A DNA stretch of 63,609 nucleotides, the filler included, from Dugesia japonica (Eukaryota), in the NCBI GenBank assembly GCA_001938525.1. It is 6 parts of 6 records of this genome, joined end to end, with 100 filler letters (N's around TTAATTAATTAA, not from the genome) between each part and the next. Parts side by side here need not be neighbours in the genome. Positions count along the whole stretch, not along the records: positions 42,099 to 51,975 come from MQRL01276016.1; positions 52,076 to 63,609 come from MQRL01632690.1; 4 more parts are not named here. One strand, written 5' to 3'. This document shows positions 51,481 to 63,609 of this stretch, one piece after another. The stretch's first letter is position 1; each line of letters starts with the position of its first letter. Under the pieces are notes generated by a model. It did no database searches, was not told the origin of the DNA, and saw only the letters and a list, made by a program, of their open reading frames with translations. The position numbers were made by a program, and so were the translations under genes.

Positions 51481-51649
51481 ACGTCACGGCGGGGGGAGGG
51501 CACTTACTGATTAAGTGCGTGGTGCAAACCCCTACTATCCATCTACTTATGTTTAAAAACTTTAAAAAAGGAGTGGAAAGAAGCTGCGAATGATGAACAG
51601 AAAAGGGATATTATTATAAACAAATAAATGGTGTGTATTATTTTAATAA

Positions 51650-51975
51650 ATAAACTTTAAATTACAAAGAAGCATTCCGATTTTACAGCTTTGATTAAAT
51701 CATCAAAACCTTTTAGAATGAGAATTTTATAATCATTACCATCAAGTGTTATAAATGATTTACTTGAAATTATTATAAATATTGTTCGTGGTGATGTAGA
51801 TTTGAGTGCAGCCAAAAAGAAAACATTGAAAAAACATTAAAAAAAACTTTATTAACGCTTGTAAACACAAAAAAACAGAAAATCAATGAAACGAATAATG
51901 AATAATCAAGGTGGTGGTTTTATAGCAGCATTGTTTCCAATTGCATTAGTGGCATTAGGCTTAATTCATTTCAAA
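51650..51975 (+). pseudogene. Polinton conserved basic core-protein-like gene (pVII-like)
   Basis: DLLEIIINIVRGDVDL..KKKTLKKH...NQGGGFIAALFPI matches the N.L.GN..L...K..L.KHK...Q.GGF..LL pattern. Confidence 0.7.
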
Positions 51976-52075
51976 NNNNNNNNNNNNNNNNNNNNNNNNN
52001 NNNNNNNNNNNNNNNNNNNTTAATTAATTAANNNNNNNNNNNNNNNNNNNNNNNNNNNNNNNNNNNNNNNNNNNN
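51976..52075. other. Artificial scaffold spacer
   Basis: N44, TTAATTAATTAA (52020-52031), N44. Confidence 0.97.
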
Positions 52076-52483
52076 ATTGGAGCAAAAGATTCAGACAAGG
52101 TGATGTTATTGTTGTTGATCATCTGTATCAAAAGGCAAATAAAGAAAAAGATTTCAATAATTTATTCACAAAGATATCAAGACATCGTAATGTGACTGAT
52201 ATTTATTATTCAAAATTTATTTCATCAAGATAGAAGTAATAGAACTCGCTATTTAAATGTACAATACTTGGTTCTATTCAAAAATCTTAGAGATCAAGCT
52301 GTTGTTGATTTTCTAGTAAAACAAGCATATCCAAATAACAGACAATAGCTTATTGAATAGTTTCAAGATGCAACAAAAACTCGTCATGGAGAACTATTTC
52401 TCGACTTCACTCAACAATGTCCAGATAACTATAGAGTAAGAACTGATATATTTATTCCAAATGGAATTACGGAGTATAAATAA
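52076..52483 (+). pseudogene. Polinton A32-like packaging ATPase, C-terminal half
   Basis: VIVVDHL (Walker B), LFTKISRHRNV, QNLF, LNVQYLVLFKNLRD, DATK..HG.LFLDF..YRVRTDIF. Confidence 0.88.
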
Positions 52484-52764
52484 AATAGGTAATTTTCTTA
52501 ATATTATATAAAATGACAAAACTTAAGAAAATTGTAGTTGATTCAGTTACTGATGTCAATGTTAAAGAACGAAAAAAAGCCTGCTGTTAAGAAAAAGACG
52601 AAACAATCTTTTAAGGAAAAATCACATAAGAGGCAGTCACATAAGAAAACTTATGAAAAAAAGAAAAAGTAATTGAAAAAGTTTTTAAAACTTGCAAAAA
52701 GTCGCGGAAAGAAACTAAAAATGTTGAATAGAAAATGTATATAATTTTAAACAATTTGTTGGTA

Positions 52765-53112
52765 TGTATGTTTTATTGAAATAAAAACGAAATTAGAAAG
52801 AAGTATTCCGTTTTTACTGCGTAGATTAAATCATTAAGATTTCTAGAATTCTAGAATGAAAATTTTGCAATCATTTTAAATAATTATTGATGATTTACTT
52901 GAGATTATTGTAAATATTCTTTGTGGTAATGTAAATTTGCGGAACGCTAAAAAGGATGTATTGAAAAAACATAAAAAAATATTATTAGCGCTTGTTAATA
53001 CAAAAAATAGGAAATTAATGAGACAATTAATAATGAATAATCAACGAGGTGACTTTATAGCAGCATTACTACCAATTACATTAGCAGTATTAGGATCAAC
53101 CCATTTCAAATA
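52765..53112 (+). pseudogene. Second copy of pVII-like core protein gene
   Basis: DDLLEIIVNILCGNVNL..KKDVLKKHKK...NNQRGDFIAALLPI; clearly similar to 51650-51975 at DNA level. Confidence 0.75.
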
Positions 53113-53334
53113 AAAATGGTTGATTCATATCAATATATTAAATAAACAATATAAGAATTGCAATCATTACCTAATTTTGACATGAAATTTGCATCAAATT
53201 GTTGTAATAAGAAAACTAAAGACAATATGGACGGATCCAAAAATTCGATTTGTAAAAAAATTGATGAAAGCAGCTCAAAAAATGAAAAAATAAACAAAGA
53301 AATGATTATCGGCTTAACTAGCATACAGTCTGAA

Positions 53335-53790
53335 CAAGCCAATGTAGAAAAGATTTCCAACAAGAGCATATAAAACATATGGTTTTGATGATTTATGGCA
53401 AATGGATCGAATGGAGATGATTCAAAAATTAATAAAGGGATACGTATATTTTGACATGTATCGATGTATTTAGTAGATTTGTAAGAGCTGTTACAGTTAA
53501 ATCACAATCTGCTAATGATATGGAACCAGCAATCAAGTCATGTTTAAAAATGGACATCCAGATAGTTAACAAACAGATTTGAGTAAGGAATTTTTTAATT
53601 CCAAAGTGAAACAACTTATTAATTATCTAAAAATAAAGCATTATAATATATTCTCACAGTATACAGCTGCACATGTAGAGAGATTAACCGTATATCGAGA
53701 GATGCATTAGAAGATATTAGAGAGATGTACCAACTTTCTAAATGTTGGTAATAAGACTGGGATAAATGTTTTTACCGAAGCTTATTCATA
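53335..53790 (+). pseudogene. Polinton retroviral-like integrase
   Basis: RFPTR.Y..YGFDDLWQMD, ILTCIDVFSRF, QTDLSKEFFN, AAHVERL. Confidence 0.88.
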
Positions 53791-54339
53791 GTTATATTCA
53801 TTCTGGTCATTTCTCGGGAGTGCAGACCCCTACACACGTAGTTTAGGTTCATTATGCTAGAGCGATAAGAGCCTTATAATTGATCAACGTTACCCTTAAA
53901 AAATAAGTACAACCTCTTATGGAAATCGTTTATTGATACAAAACAAAATAATAGACGTCGTATCAGTGCATAACACAATAAAGTTTATATTAGCAATAAT
54001 TTCAATAGTTTATCATATCGATTAATTCTTCTTCTGTTACGCCTTGAAATAATTGATTCGATTTCACATTCTAGTGGTGAGTATTCAGCATATTTTTATT
54101 TAGAGTATCACCATTAGTTTGCGCATATGAACTCAATTTATTTGAAATGTTTTCTTTTCTGTTAACAATTTTTCTTTTTGATATAAATCAATATTTGTGG
54201 ATTTTATTCGTGAATTAATAAGAATCGTTTATTCTTTCCACATATAAATCTGTTACATTTGTGGATTGTTTTTATTCTATATTCAATATAATTAATCTAT
54301 TGTATTTCGAAATATTTTTTTACTTGTATTTTATTTGTC

Positions 54340-54840
54340 AATTTCAACTGAATAAATTTCTTAAGAGGTTTGGATATGATTCTAGAATATCGTAAAGGTG
54401 AATTACACAATAGATCTGATGCTCTATCAAGATGAAATATAGAAAATTGCAAACAGTGCCAGATGGCCCACCAAGATACAAAAACAGAAAGACAAAGATC
54501 TTAGCAATTGAAAATATAAAATATGAAAATAAATTACATAGCAAATGTAAAGAAATTAATTCAATAAAATTAGTAATCAATAAAAAACCAGATAGAAAAT
54601 TTTTTATAAATAAAAAAGTTTTTAGCCAGAAAAACTAAATATATATTCTTGAAGAAAGCAAGCAGAAATTTTTTTAGAAACACACAAATAGTTGTATCAT
54701 GCAGGGAATAATAAACTCATGAATAATATTTCTGGATCATATGATTTTACAAATATCAACAAAACTATCCCAGATATTATAAAAAGTGGCGACTTTTGTC
54801 AAAAACGTAAATCATTGACATGCACAACAAAAAAATAATT
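54340..54840 (+). pseudogene. Gypsy RNase H end and integrase Zn-finger remnant
   Basis: GELHNRSDALSR..NCKQCQM, HAG, CQKRK; related to 8850-9350. Confidence 0.65.
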
Positions 54841-54959
54841 ATTAAAATAATGCACATGGTTAAAATTTTGGTTAAAACCCATAAATTGCTTATACTATTT
54901 TGTGGATTTATTATAAACTATTATCCATTAAATTGAAATTTTGATTAAATAATGGAAAA

Positions 54960-55865
54960 TCTTTTATGATTATATTTCATTGCTTTTATTCATGCATATT
55001 TGAAAGACATGGAATATGATCCTAAGAAACTGTACAGCTGGTGGTTTTTTGTTCCTATTCTAAATTGTTTCACTGAGACCGGCTTACTGTAATTGTAACA
55101 ATCAATGTATGACTGATGATTAATGTCAGTACCTTTAAATGTTATTCCCTTAGCCTGCATCGATTCCTTCTCGCTAAGTAAGCTATAACACCTCGGTCTC
55201 AGGAAAACTCATTCTTTATATTTCTTTCCTTTATTTTCGTCCTTAAACTTTCTTACCACCGAATTGAGTTCCATGTTATAAAGAGTGTGGTCTGGTGAAT
55301 AATTTGAAGTATCTAATAGTCGATCTTTTACCATCAGTGTCAAAAACTTTCCAACCTAATGTTCCTAACTTCTAAGAAAAAGCTATCGGTATCCCCAGCT
55401 ACTATTCCTATCTTGCAATTTCCTTGTTTCCTATATTTCTCTAGTTCAATGTTTTGAGGTCGATACATTCGTAATTTGCTTAAATCGAGAACTGTCTGTC
55501 CTATGTAACTTGGTCTTTTGAGACACAAAATGTCTTTATTTAATTGTACCGCTATTAAATCTTTATCGATCATAATGGTTCTCCTAAACTCTGGTTTTGA
55601 GCTATAGGTCACTAACTTGTTTGCTGAATTACATATTCTCAAGTTTATTCGTTTCTTCAAATTTTCAACTGATTTGCCATACAAGCTGTTGTTCATCANN
55701 NNNNNNNNNNNNNNNNNNNNNNNNNNNNNNNNNNNNNNNNNNNNNNNNNNNNNNNNNTCGATGTATTGCTTGAAAATATGATCTTGTGAAAATCTAACTG
55801 CCCTATGAACATTTGTAACTTGCACACCTAATTGCAAGTACATCTGCAGTAATCTTCAGTGCATT
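54960..55865 (-). pseudogene. pPolB polymerase-domain fragment
   Basis: MNNSLYGKSVENLKKR, RPSYIGQTVLDLSKLRMY, IVAGDTDSFF, LDTSNY, KFKDE, FLRPRCYSL, AKGI. Confidence 0.92.
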
Positions 55866-55869
55866 ATAG

Positions 55870-56257
55870 ACCGAATTTTTGTCCGACAACAACCAAATTT
55901 TAAAAACTTAAAAAAAATTATTTCCAAGATCTCCAGCTACTCCTCGAGTCCAAAACCATTCTTTCATACACACACAGCCACACACATACAAACTCAACTT
56001 GACCTAATTTTATAAAAGCCCTTAACAATTCAAACGCACAAATTTTAAAATATAAAAATACGCACACACAACTCTAGGATAAAAAAAACTGATCCGATCA
56101 AAGAATTTTTATCTCAAAAGTCTTAGAAACAAAAACTAACCAAAAAATCATAGCAAAATCATAATTGTTTTCCGAGCTCCCCCCAACCCCCCGGGGAGGG
56201 GGTCCCCCAAAATTGTGGTAGTGCACAATTTTTCCGTTAGGCTACTATCTACCTACT
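55870..56257. mobile_element. Maverick-type terminal region
   Basis: Ends CTACTATCTACCTACT at 56257 (AGTAGGTAGATAGTAG on minus), with a GC-rich inverted patch ~50-80 bp inside, as at 51485-51547. Confidence 0.6.
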
Positions 56258-56684
56258 GAGTCATGATCATTCACAACTTAATGTAAACTATGAATATCAC
56301 ATATTAAGCGTAACCCGAGATGTGAAAAATCCGTACCTTTCATGTCAATTCTTTTTCACACTTTAAATTAAACAATTGAATTTTTTATTATTTTTTTTAA
56401 TCGCGAGAATTCAAATGTTACTGTTTTTTAGTGAATTTTTACACATGAGCCGGAAACTTTCACACTTTATTATAAACTCGGCTACTTTTTTAAAAATCCT
56501 TTGCGTGGTATTTTACTCATTCGAAAAGTGAAGCATGAACTTTCACACTTTATTGTCAACTATGACTCTTACTCATCTTGCATGAAAATTTTATAACGAG
56601 AAATCCATTATCAAAATATCAACTTTAAAAATATAATATCAAAAAAAATAAATTTTTATACATATAACAAATATCATATAATTC

Positions 56685-57975
56685 AGCTGGTATTGCAGCT
56701 GGTACATTCGCAGTTTACTTAGATCCAGCACCACTTGACCAATATAACTTGGTCGATTCAAGCAAATTTTATCTTTATCCAGCAACACAGCTTTTAGTTC
56801 ATCAGTTATATCTAAAGCCTTTTTAAAAGTAACTTGGCTAGTATAAGTTATAAATTTCTTTTCATTATTACATAATCGAAGATTCATTCGCTTTTTCAAA
56901 TTCTCCACTGTCTTACTATAAAGCGCATTATTTAAAAGCTTATAAAAATCTTTTTCAAATTTAGTTTTTGATGCTGCTCTTCTTGTAGAATTTGCATTGA
57001 TGTAATTTGCAAAGATTTTAGCCTGTTTACATTTCACTATTCTGTGCACGGCTTTAACAATTTCCAATATAAGACATAGTGTTGTTTAGATTCATGTGTC
57101 AACAACAGTTTCTTCACTTTTGATCCAGGTAGGCATTTATGTTCCGGAGCTAATGGTAGTGAATCTAATCCATCACGATTTTCGTTAGGTATTTCGAGAT
57201 CAACTTCCAATAAATATCCAACATCAGAATTTTCATTTGCATATAAAATCTGTTGATAAATTTCTTCTACCTTATATACAAATTCAAAGTCTTTATATAG
57301 CAAATAGTGTGTTAAGGCCTAACCATATAAATTATTCACATCTGTATAAAGCAGAAATGTATTATAATCTGCCCGTGCATAATGTTTGTTTACAACTATC
57401 ATTCCGCCACGAATTCCGACTTCAAATAATCAATGCATTTCTGCATCTTGGAGTAATTCTATTGACCTATCCATTTATTTGAGAGTAGTTGACCAGCTCA
57501 ATCCTGTTAATGGAACAAATCGAAGCGACTCCAATTCATGTTCTTCGAGTGCTTTTTTTCAAAATGTTTGAAATACACCGGTTAATAAATAAATGTCTAG
57601 CTTCATATAGTACAACATATAATCCAATAGATTATTGCTTTTCGATTTCATCCAAGCTGACTTTACCATTTCACATTCCTGATTTGTTATTTCTGGCCAT
57701 TGTTCAGGTAATGTCTTTTAATTTATTAGCATTTGGTATGATGTAGCAAATTTATATGGAAATATTCCTTTACAATAGTGTCCATCTGGGAATTCAGACG
57801 ACGTTATTAGCCAGCTTTCAAGAGTTGCAGTTATTGATGAGAGTGAACTACTTAGGAACTGATAAGAATCTATAAATTGTACTGTGATACCGCCTCCGAC
57901 ATGTGTAAACATTGCAAGAAAATTTTCTATTGTTTGTGCAATCGGTTTGAGATCCCATTGTTTGAATTTGTTGCG
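56685..57975 (-). pseudogene. pPolB central fragment
   Basis: VQFIDSYQFL, KGIFPYKF, GIRGGMI, YLLEVDLEIP, LPLAPE, FEKDFYKLLNNALYSKTVENLKKR, RPSYIGQVVLDLSKLRMY. Confidence 0.92.
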
Positions 57976-58119
57976 CATGAACGGAATGAAAGATGATATT
58001 AAGCGAAATCGAATTGTAGGCCAAGGGGATAAAGAAATTGGTGGTACAAATATGTCTATATATATATTTTTTCTAATAACGAAAACAAATATCCTCTGAG
58101 ATCAAGACAAAGTATAAAT

Positions 58120-61100
58120 ATGATTACTGCAAGACCAAAAGTTAACGTAAACGTTAGTGAACACCGATGTAAATTATGTAATGAAATCAAATCAACAACA
58201 ATATCTTTAATAAAGAGTCCATTAATTAAATCATGTTATTATTGTTTAAGAGCAGTGTATAATCAGTTAGTAGAAACAAAAAGAGAAATGGGAAGAAAGT
58301 TGGAAAAGACTGAAAGAAATATAGTCGGAGCTGCTGGTTTAACATGTGGATAGTGTTCAAAATAGGAATAGGTGTTAAAGTAAAAAGAGAACAATGTGAA
58401 AATTGGTGTAATCGATGTTTGACAAATTCTCGCAGAATAGTAAATAATGAATTATCATGTATATACAGCCATATGAGAGGACTTACAGCAGCTAAACCAT
58501 TACGAATGAAAATAGAACCAGTCACATTTTCAAATTCAGGTGGGTTTGTGGCCAGATTAAACAAAGAAGATAATGGGAACGAAATTAATATTGCTGGAAG
58601 AAATGACGGATACTTTCATTCGGTTACCGAAGAAATTTAGTCTGAAATGAGCTCAGTTGATAAAGAGAAAACTACAGAAATTTATCCGTCTGATAGAATT
58701 TGTGACAACAAGTGGTACGACGAAAACAATGGTTAATACACAATAAAATGTGGACGAATAATGTGTGCAAAATGTGCAAAGAAAAGGAGAAAGTAGTAAA
58801 GATTCTAATTTGGGAAAGCATATATAAAACTTTCTGTTTGTATTGTATAGATATAGTAACACACAAATCGGTTGAAGCAGTAGACGAATTTCATAAAGCT
58901 ATGTTGCAAATAAAATTGAAGGCGGATGAAGAAATCAAAAACAAAGTTAATAAAATAGAAAATAAATACAAAGAAATTCAAGAAATAGAAAATAAAGAAG
59001 TTACAGAAGAAGATAAAGTGTCATCAGAGAGTTGGCAAATTAAAAGGAAATTCAAGAAGAATGAACAAAGGAGGATCGCCAAGGATGTCAATTTACCTAG
59101 AAGGATGAGAGAAAAATGGAACGGAAGTAGAATTGGAAATCTAAACTGCCAAACCAAGAAAGATCGCGACAAATAGCACTTAAAGAATGGCCAATCTATA
59201 AAAATTAAATCTCGGAGGATCATTACAGGAATTGCAAAATGAATGGCATTTGTATGATAAATTTAAAGAAAGTAACATTGATATTAGAATTACAGAAGAA
59301 ACAAAACAGCAATTAAAACAGATGTGGAAGGATCATCTCAAAAATCAAGAAATGCGCGATTGAAAAGAATCATTAAAATCGTTAGAAAATATAGAAAAAT
59401 GGCGTGAGTTAAAACGGAAAACAAAGAAACAAATAAAGGTTTATCCAGATTATAAACAAGAAATGCAAGAGGCAAAATTGAAGCAAGAAGATTATCAGAC
59501 GTTCGATAAATTAAAAGATCAGAATGTCAAAGAACATTTGGGAGCCCACTTAAAAGAGCAAGACAAACGAGAAAAAGAAACTGTGAAGAGTAAAAGTCAA
59601 AGCACGCAAATAAAATCTAGGAAAAATGAAAATAACGAAGGACCGCTACAAAATGCTATAGAAAAAATTGATGAAATAAGTAATTGTATTGTTCTACAAG
59701 AAAAAGAAAGAAAAAAAAGAAAGCATAGGAATAATATATCACAAAGTGAAAACAGCAATATGGATTTTACAGCGGGAATCAAGAGTGGGTTGCTGGAATA
59801 CTGCAAAGACTCTGGAAGACCTCCACATTTTAGCGAATCAGATTCACTAGAGATGAAGAAAATAAAAGAAGAAGTATGGCAAAAATATCTGGAGAATCAA
59901 AGACAAGGGAAACCAAATCAAGCAAGAGAGAAATTTGAATTAAAGATCAAGAAATCCACCGAAGAAAAAACAACGACAACAACCTGAAACAATAGACTCG
60001 ACAGGAAAAGATTCTTCTGACGAACTAAAAAATATGAAGGAAGTAATTGTACAATGCGATGAAGTACTTTTAGTACTAATGGAAGAAATTGAAAATTTTA
60101 AACCTTTCTTTGAAGAGGAAGATCTCAAAAGCTTAGAAAAAATCCGAAATGCTTGGACTCACAGAAAAGTTGGCAAGGAAGAGACACATTAAGAGACAAA
60201 GTCCCAACAAAAATCGACCAAATCAGAAGATAAACTGAGATTTCAAAGGGGATCAATAAAACGAGAAGAAAGACAAAATTCTGCATTACTAGATATTTCA
60301 GCCAAAGATGAACAAGGAAATGAACGCAAAGATATTGACTCAAATTTTGCTCAAGAAATTGGTCAAAAACAAAAACAAAGATGTAACAGAACAACTGGGA
60401 TTAGATACTTCACAACAACAATGAATATGTTTGTCTTATGTTTAATAGTCTTAATCGCAATGTTTTTGGCAAATACGGGAGTTAGAATGACGACGATGAA
60501 TAAATGGAAAGAAAACAATTTACGGAGAATTACAAGAACAACTAATTTAGCAAGCCGATCACTGAAAATGATGAGTAAATGGATAATTGTTATAATAATC
60601 TTCGTAACCTTAAAGTTTGTAAACAGATATAAATGTCTGGACTATGAAGATATTATTACAGAACATAGAATGTATATTGGATACTCGCATAATAGAATAT
60701 TGACAGTATCAAAAAGAGAGTTGGAAAGAGTTATGAGAAGTGCTAGTAATAATAAATTTCCTATTGGATTTGCGATCACACCAGCAATACTAAGTAAGAG
60801 TCATTCAATACAAGTAAGACTGGAAAAACATTATTGGAAATTAGAAGTGTAAGTAGAAACAGATCAAGTACAACAATTTTATGCAATCCAATATGACGGA
60901 CCCACATTGGAAGTATGGCGTAATGAATTTAGGACAACGAAAAACAATACAAAGTCAAAGAAATTTAAAGAAAAAAGGGCTTACAGCACCTATCATTACA
61001 AACTTATCCAAATTTCATACGTCATTCGGGAATCAAGACTACCAACATTGAGAGACAATAATGGAAATTGTTTATCACAAGAAGCAATTTATATATCACA

Positions 61101-62012
61101 ACATTGGAAAATAGATTTTACTGGAATAACAGGGTTAATATGGGAAAGTGATGGATTAAAGAATTGGCATAGACAAAAATAATTCAATTAGAAGGAAAGG
61201 ATATCTGTGGAATTGGAATAGATTTTCCAAGAGAAAGACGATATAGAATTTTAAGATATTCATTTCTTCAGTTCAAAATAGAAAAAGATATGGTACGAGA
61301 AAAATTTGTATCACAATACTTAGATCTCGAAGATTGGGCAGTAAAAGAGAAACAGTCAACTAAAAGATGTTTGAAGTTACCGGTTGGAACAACAAAAAGA
61401 TTATTTCAATTAAAAGGACCATGGGTAGAGATCGAACATGTACTAAGAAATAAAAAGAAATTATCATCAAGAAAATCTAATAAAGTAAGTAATAAGCCGA
61501 GAATAATTACAAGAAAATCAAACATCGTTTCAACAACAGTTATGAAAAAGAGAATTATCGGAAACCTCTCTGAAACAAAAATCAAACAGAAATTGAAAAA
61601 GAAAAAGAATAAAAATTGAATTCAGATCAATACTACTGATTCAAATACGGAACAATTGAATGTGTTAAACAAGGAACAAGAGGGATATATGAATAAATGG
61701 TTAAAGAAATTGACAAGGATCGGTTCAAAGACGGAAATTCTAGCGGATGAGGAGTTGAGACACGAGGTAACAAGAACTGCAAACGTGAAGAAAAATGAAC
61801 GGAATTGGTCAGCAAGTCTTTTCGGTATCGCAATTGGGGCAATAACAGCAGCCAGTGTAATATTCGTTACAAAGGTAACGTTAAAAATCAGAAGAGGAAA
61901 ATATAAAGGAATAAAATGGCAGAAAGAGTTACTAAATCTAGATGATAGACATTTGCATGCACCTAAATTGGTATTTGGACCAGAAAAAGAGTCTGGTTGG
62001 AATGATTTTTAA
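58120..62012 (+). pseudogene. Decayed chain of unknown ORFs: CxxC zinc fingers, coiled coils and an env-like membrane protein
   Basis: Nearly contiguous same-strand intronless ORF fragments with strong A/G skew; hydrophobic segments at ~60421-60480, ~60580-60620 and ~61810-61880. Confidence 0.55.
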
Positions 62013-63609
62013 AATGAAATAGTTATATGAGAGTGTTTTGTAATTAATGATTTGGAAATGGATAGAGTTAGAAAAAATTAGTTAAGTATAACATTGATTA
62101 GTAGTTAGAAGTAACAAATGTATTAAACAATTATCGGATCAGTTATTTTAGTAATTATTTGGATATGGTCGAAAGGTTTGATCACTTGAATTGTATATAA
62201 TAACATTAATTTATAAAAATAAATTAAGAATAAATTAATTACGTACAAATAATAAGTAAGTCAATTCCTGAAGAAAACAAGGTCGAAGTATTGAATTGTT
62301 ATACAATATCAGTAAAAAAAAAGTTTGATCAAAGCTTTTATATTAAATGAAATTATAAGTAGTTAAAATTATTTAAAAATGATTTATGNNNNATTTATGA
62401 TGCAGATGTTATATGTAACTACTTACAAATTATAAGTTGATAAAATAATTTAAAAATGAATTTATGTTGCATTTTATGATTATTTATAAACACACACACA
62501 ATCCCTATGTATTGATATCTTTAAAATATGTGACATCTATGTAATCAATGTTAACTTCTAGGTATTTTAAAATATTTTCTATGTAATCAGTATTGACATC
62601 TANNNNNNNNNNNNNNNNNNNNNNNNNNNNNNNNNNNNNNNNNNNNNNNNNNNNNNNNNNNNNNNNNNNNNNNNNNNNNNNNNNNNNNNNNNNNNNNNNN
62701 NNNNNNNNNNNNNNNNNNNNNNNNNNNNNNNNNNNNNNNNNNNNNNNNNNNNNNNNNNNNNNNNNNNNNNNNNNNNNNNNNNNNNNNNNNNNNNNNNNNN
62801 NNNNNNNNNNNNNNNNNNNNNNNNNNTCACTAATGTAATTGTAGTGTTTTTTATTGATTTCTAGTCATTTTTGGTCGTATTTTAATGACATCTATGCATC
62901 GCAATTGAAATATTTATTGAAATTACGCAAAAAAAAATAATGTTTAAATTAACATTTATTTAATAACAAACTATAATTTATAACCATATGCAAAATCATG
63001 GAAATCTTTCTAAAATAATGTCTTGCATTACCCAGTATGGACATGGATTGGTTACACACATTGATACAATTTTAAATTCACTTTCGAAAAGGTCTAAAAC
63101 TCTCTATATATAAATCAACTCTTTTTCCAGAGCGTAATCCCAATATTGTTCTTCTTCCAACCGTTTGGATTTTCTTTAACATTCTGGATACATTTCATTT
63201 ATTAATCTTCTGGCTAGATCTAAACAAAAATGACTATTTATTAAAAAAAAAGGTTTACCTCGTTCAGTTATTTCTTCTCTATTTTTTAAAATCATTTTGA
63301 AATCGTATTTAATCGGAAAATCAATTGCTTTATTTACAAAGTTTATGTAACACATCCTATCCAATTAAATTCAACAAATCAAAACGTTTCAGATGCTTTG
63401 TTTACCTTGCATTTATAATGTTTAAACAAGGAATTACCAATCAATACACGCTAATATGAAAAGTAACACATTTTTAATCAATAAAATAAGTACATACAAA
63501 CGATGCTTATCGAAACTGAGTATAAAACAAAAAATATTTAATTAATTTTCATTATTTTAATATGCAACTGGCTGTAACTTTAACAAAAGATAATGTTATG
63601 TCCATATTT

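Larger units (their letters stand above)
42099..51547. mobile_element. Decayed Maverick/Polinton (adintovirus-like) element, right part
   Basis: Plus-strand morphogenesis genes (core-protein-like, penton, protease) converge on a minus-strand pPolB, followed by subterminal repeats and a terminus ...CTACTATCCATCTACT at 51547. Confidence 0.85.

Noticed and set aside
42099-53790. One complete Maverick spanning penton to integrase
   Set aside because: An element terminus at 51547 and an artificial spacer at 51976-52075 intervene.
2790-62012. Alternative genetic code or stop readthrough to explain fragmented ORFs
   Set aside because: Breaks include all three stops plus frameshifts, and host genes read cleanly in the standard code with TAA ends; this is ordinary decay.
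63176-63364. Short minus ORF at window end (also decayed coding-like 21115-21990)
   Set aside because: No motif I can assign.

Overview
Very AT-rich eukaryotic (animal-like) DNA with ~42-57 bp GT-AG introns. It is not one locus: five identical 100-bp artificial spacers (N44-TTAATTAATTAA-N44) join six scaffolds (1-12439, 12540-21014, 21115-29549, 29650-41998, 42099-51975, 52076-63609). Three host genes are supported: a tandem C-type lectin, a FLYWCH zinc-finger protein and a partial CCDC146. Most of the rest is decayed mobile DNA: Ty3/Gypsy, hAT, Tigger/pogo, mariner, Helitron, a non-LTR RT, and a Penelope remnant with a minimal hammerhead ribozyme. There is also a heavy load of Maverick/Polinton-type DNA: six protein-primed PolB fragments, penton, adenain protease, packaging ATPase, integrase and core-protein-like genes. 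Best leads: (i) a 121-bp hairpin mini-element with Maverick-type AGTAG...CTACT ends, a 6-bp TSD and a central RFX X-box; (ii) a TBP-like gene enclosed by long inverted tandem-repeat arms beside a pPolB fragment; (iii) a ~4-kb decayed unknown ORF chain with CxxC zinc fingers and an env-like membrane protein. All homology calls are motif recognition by eye with no searches run, and pseudogene boundaries are approximate.
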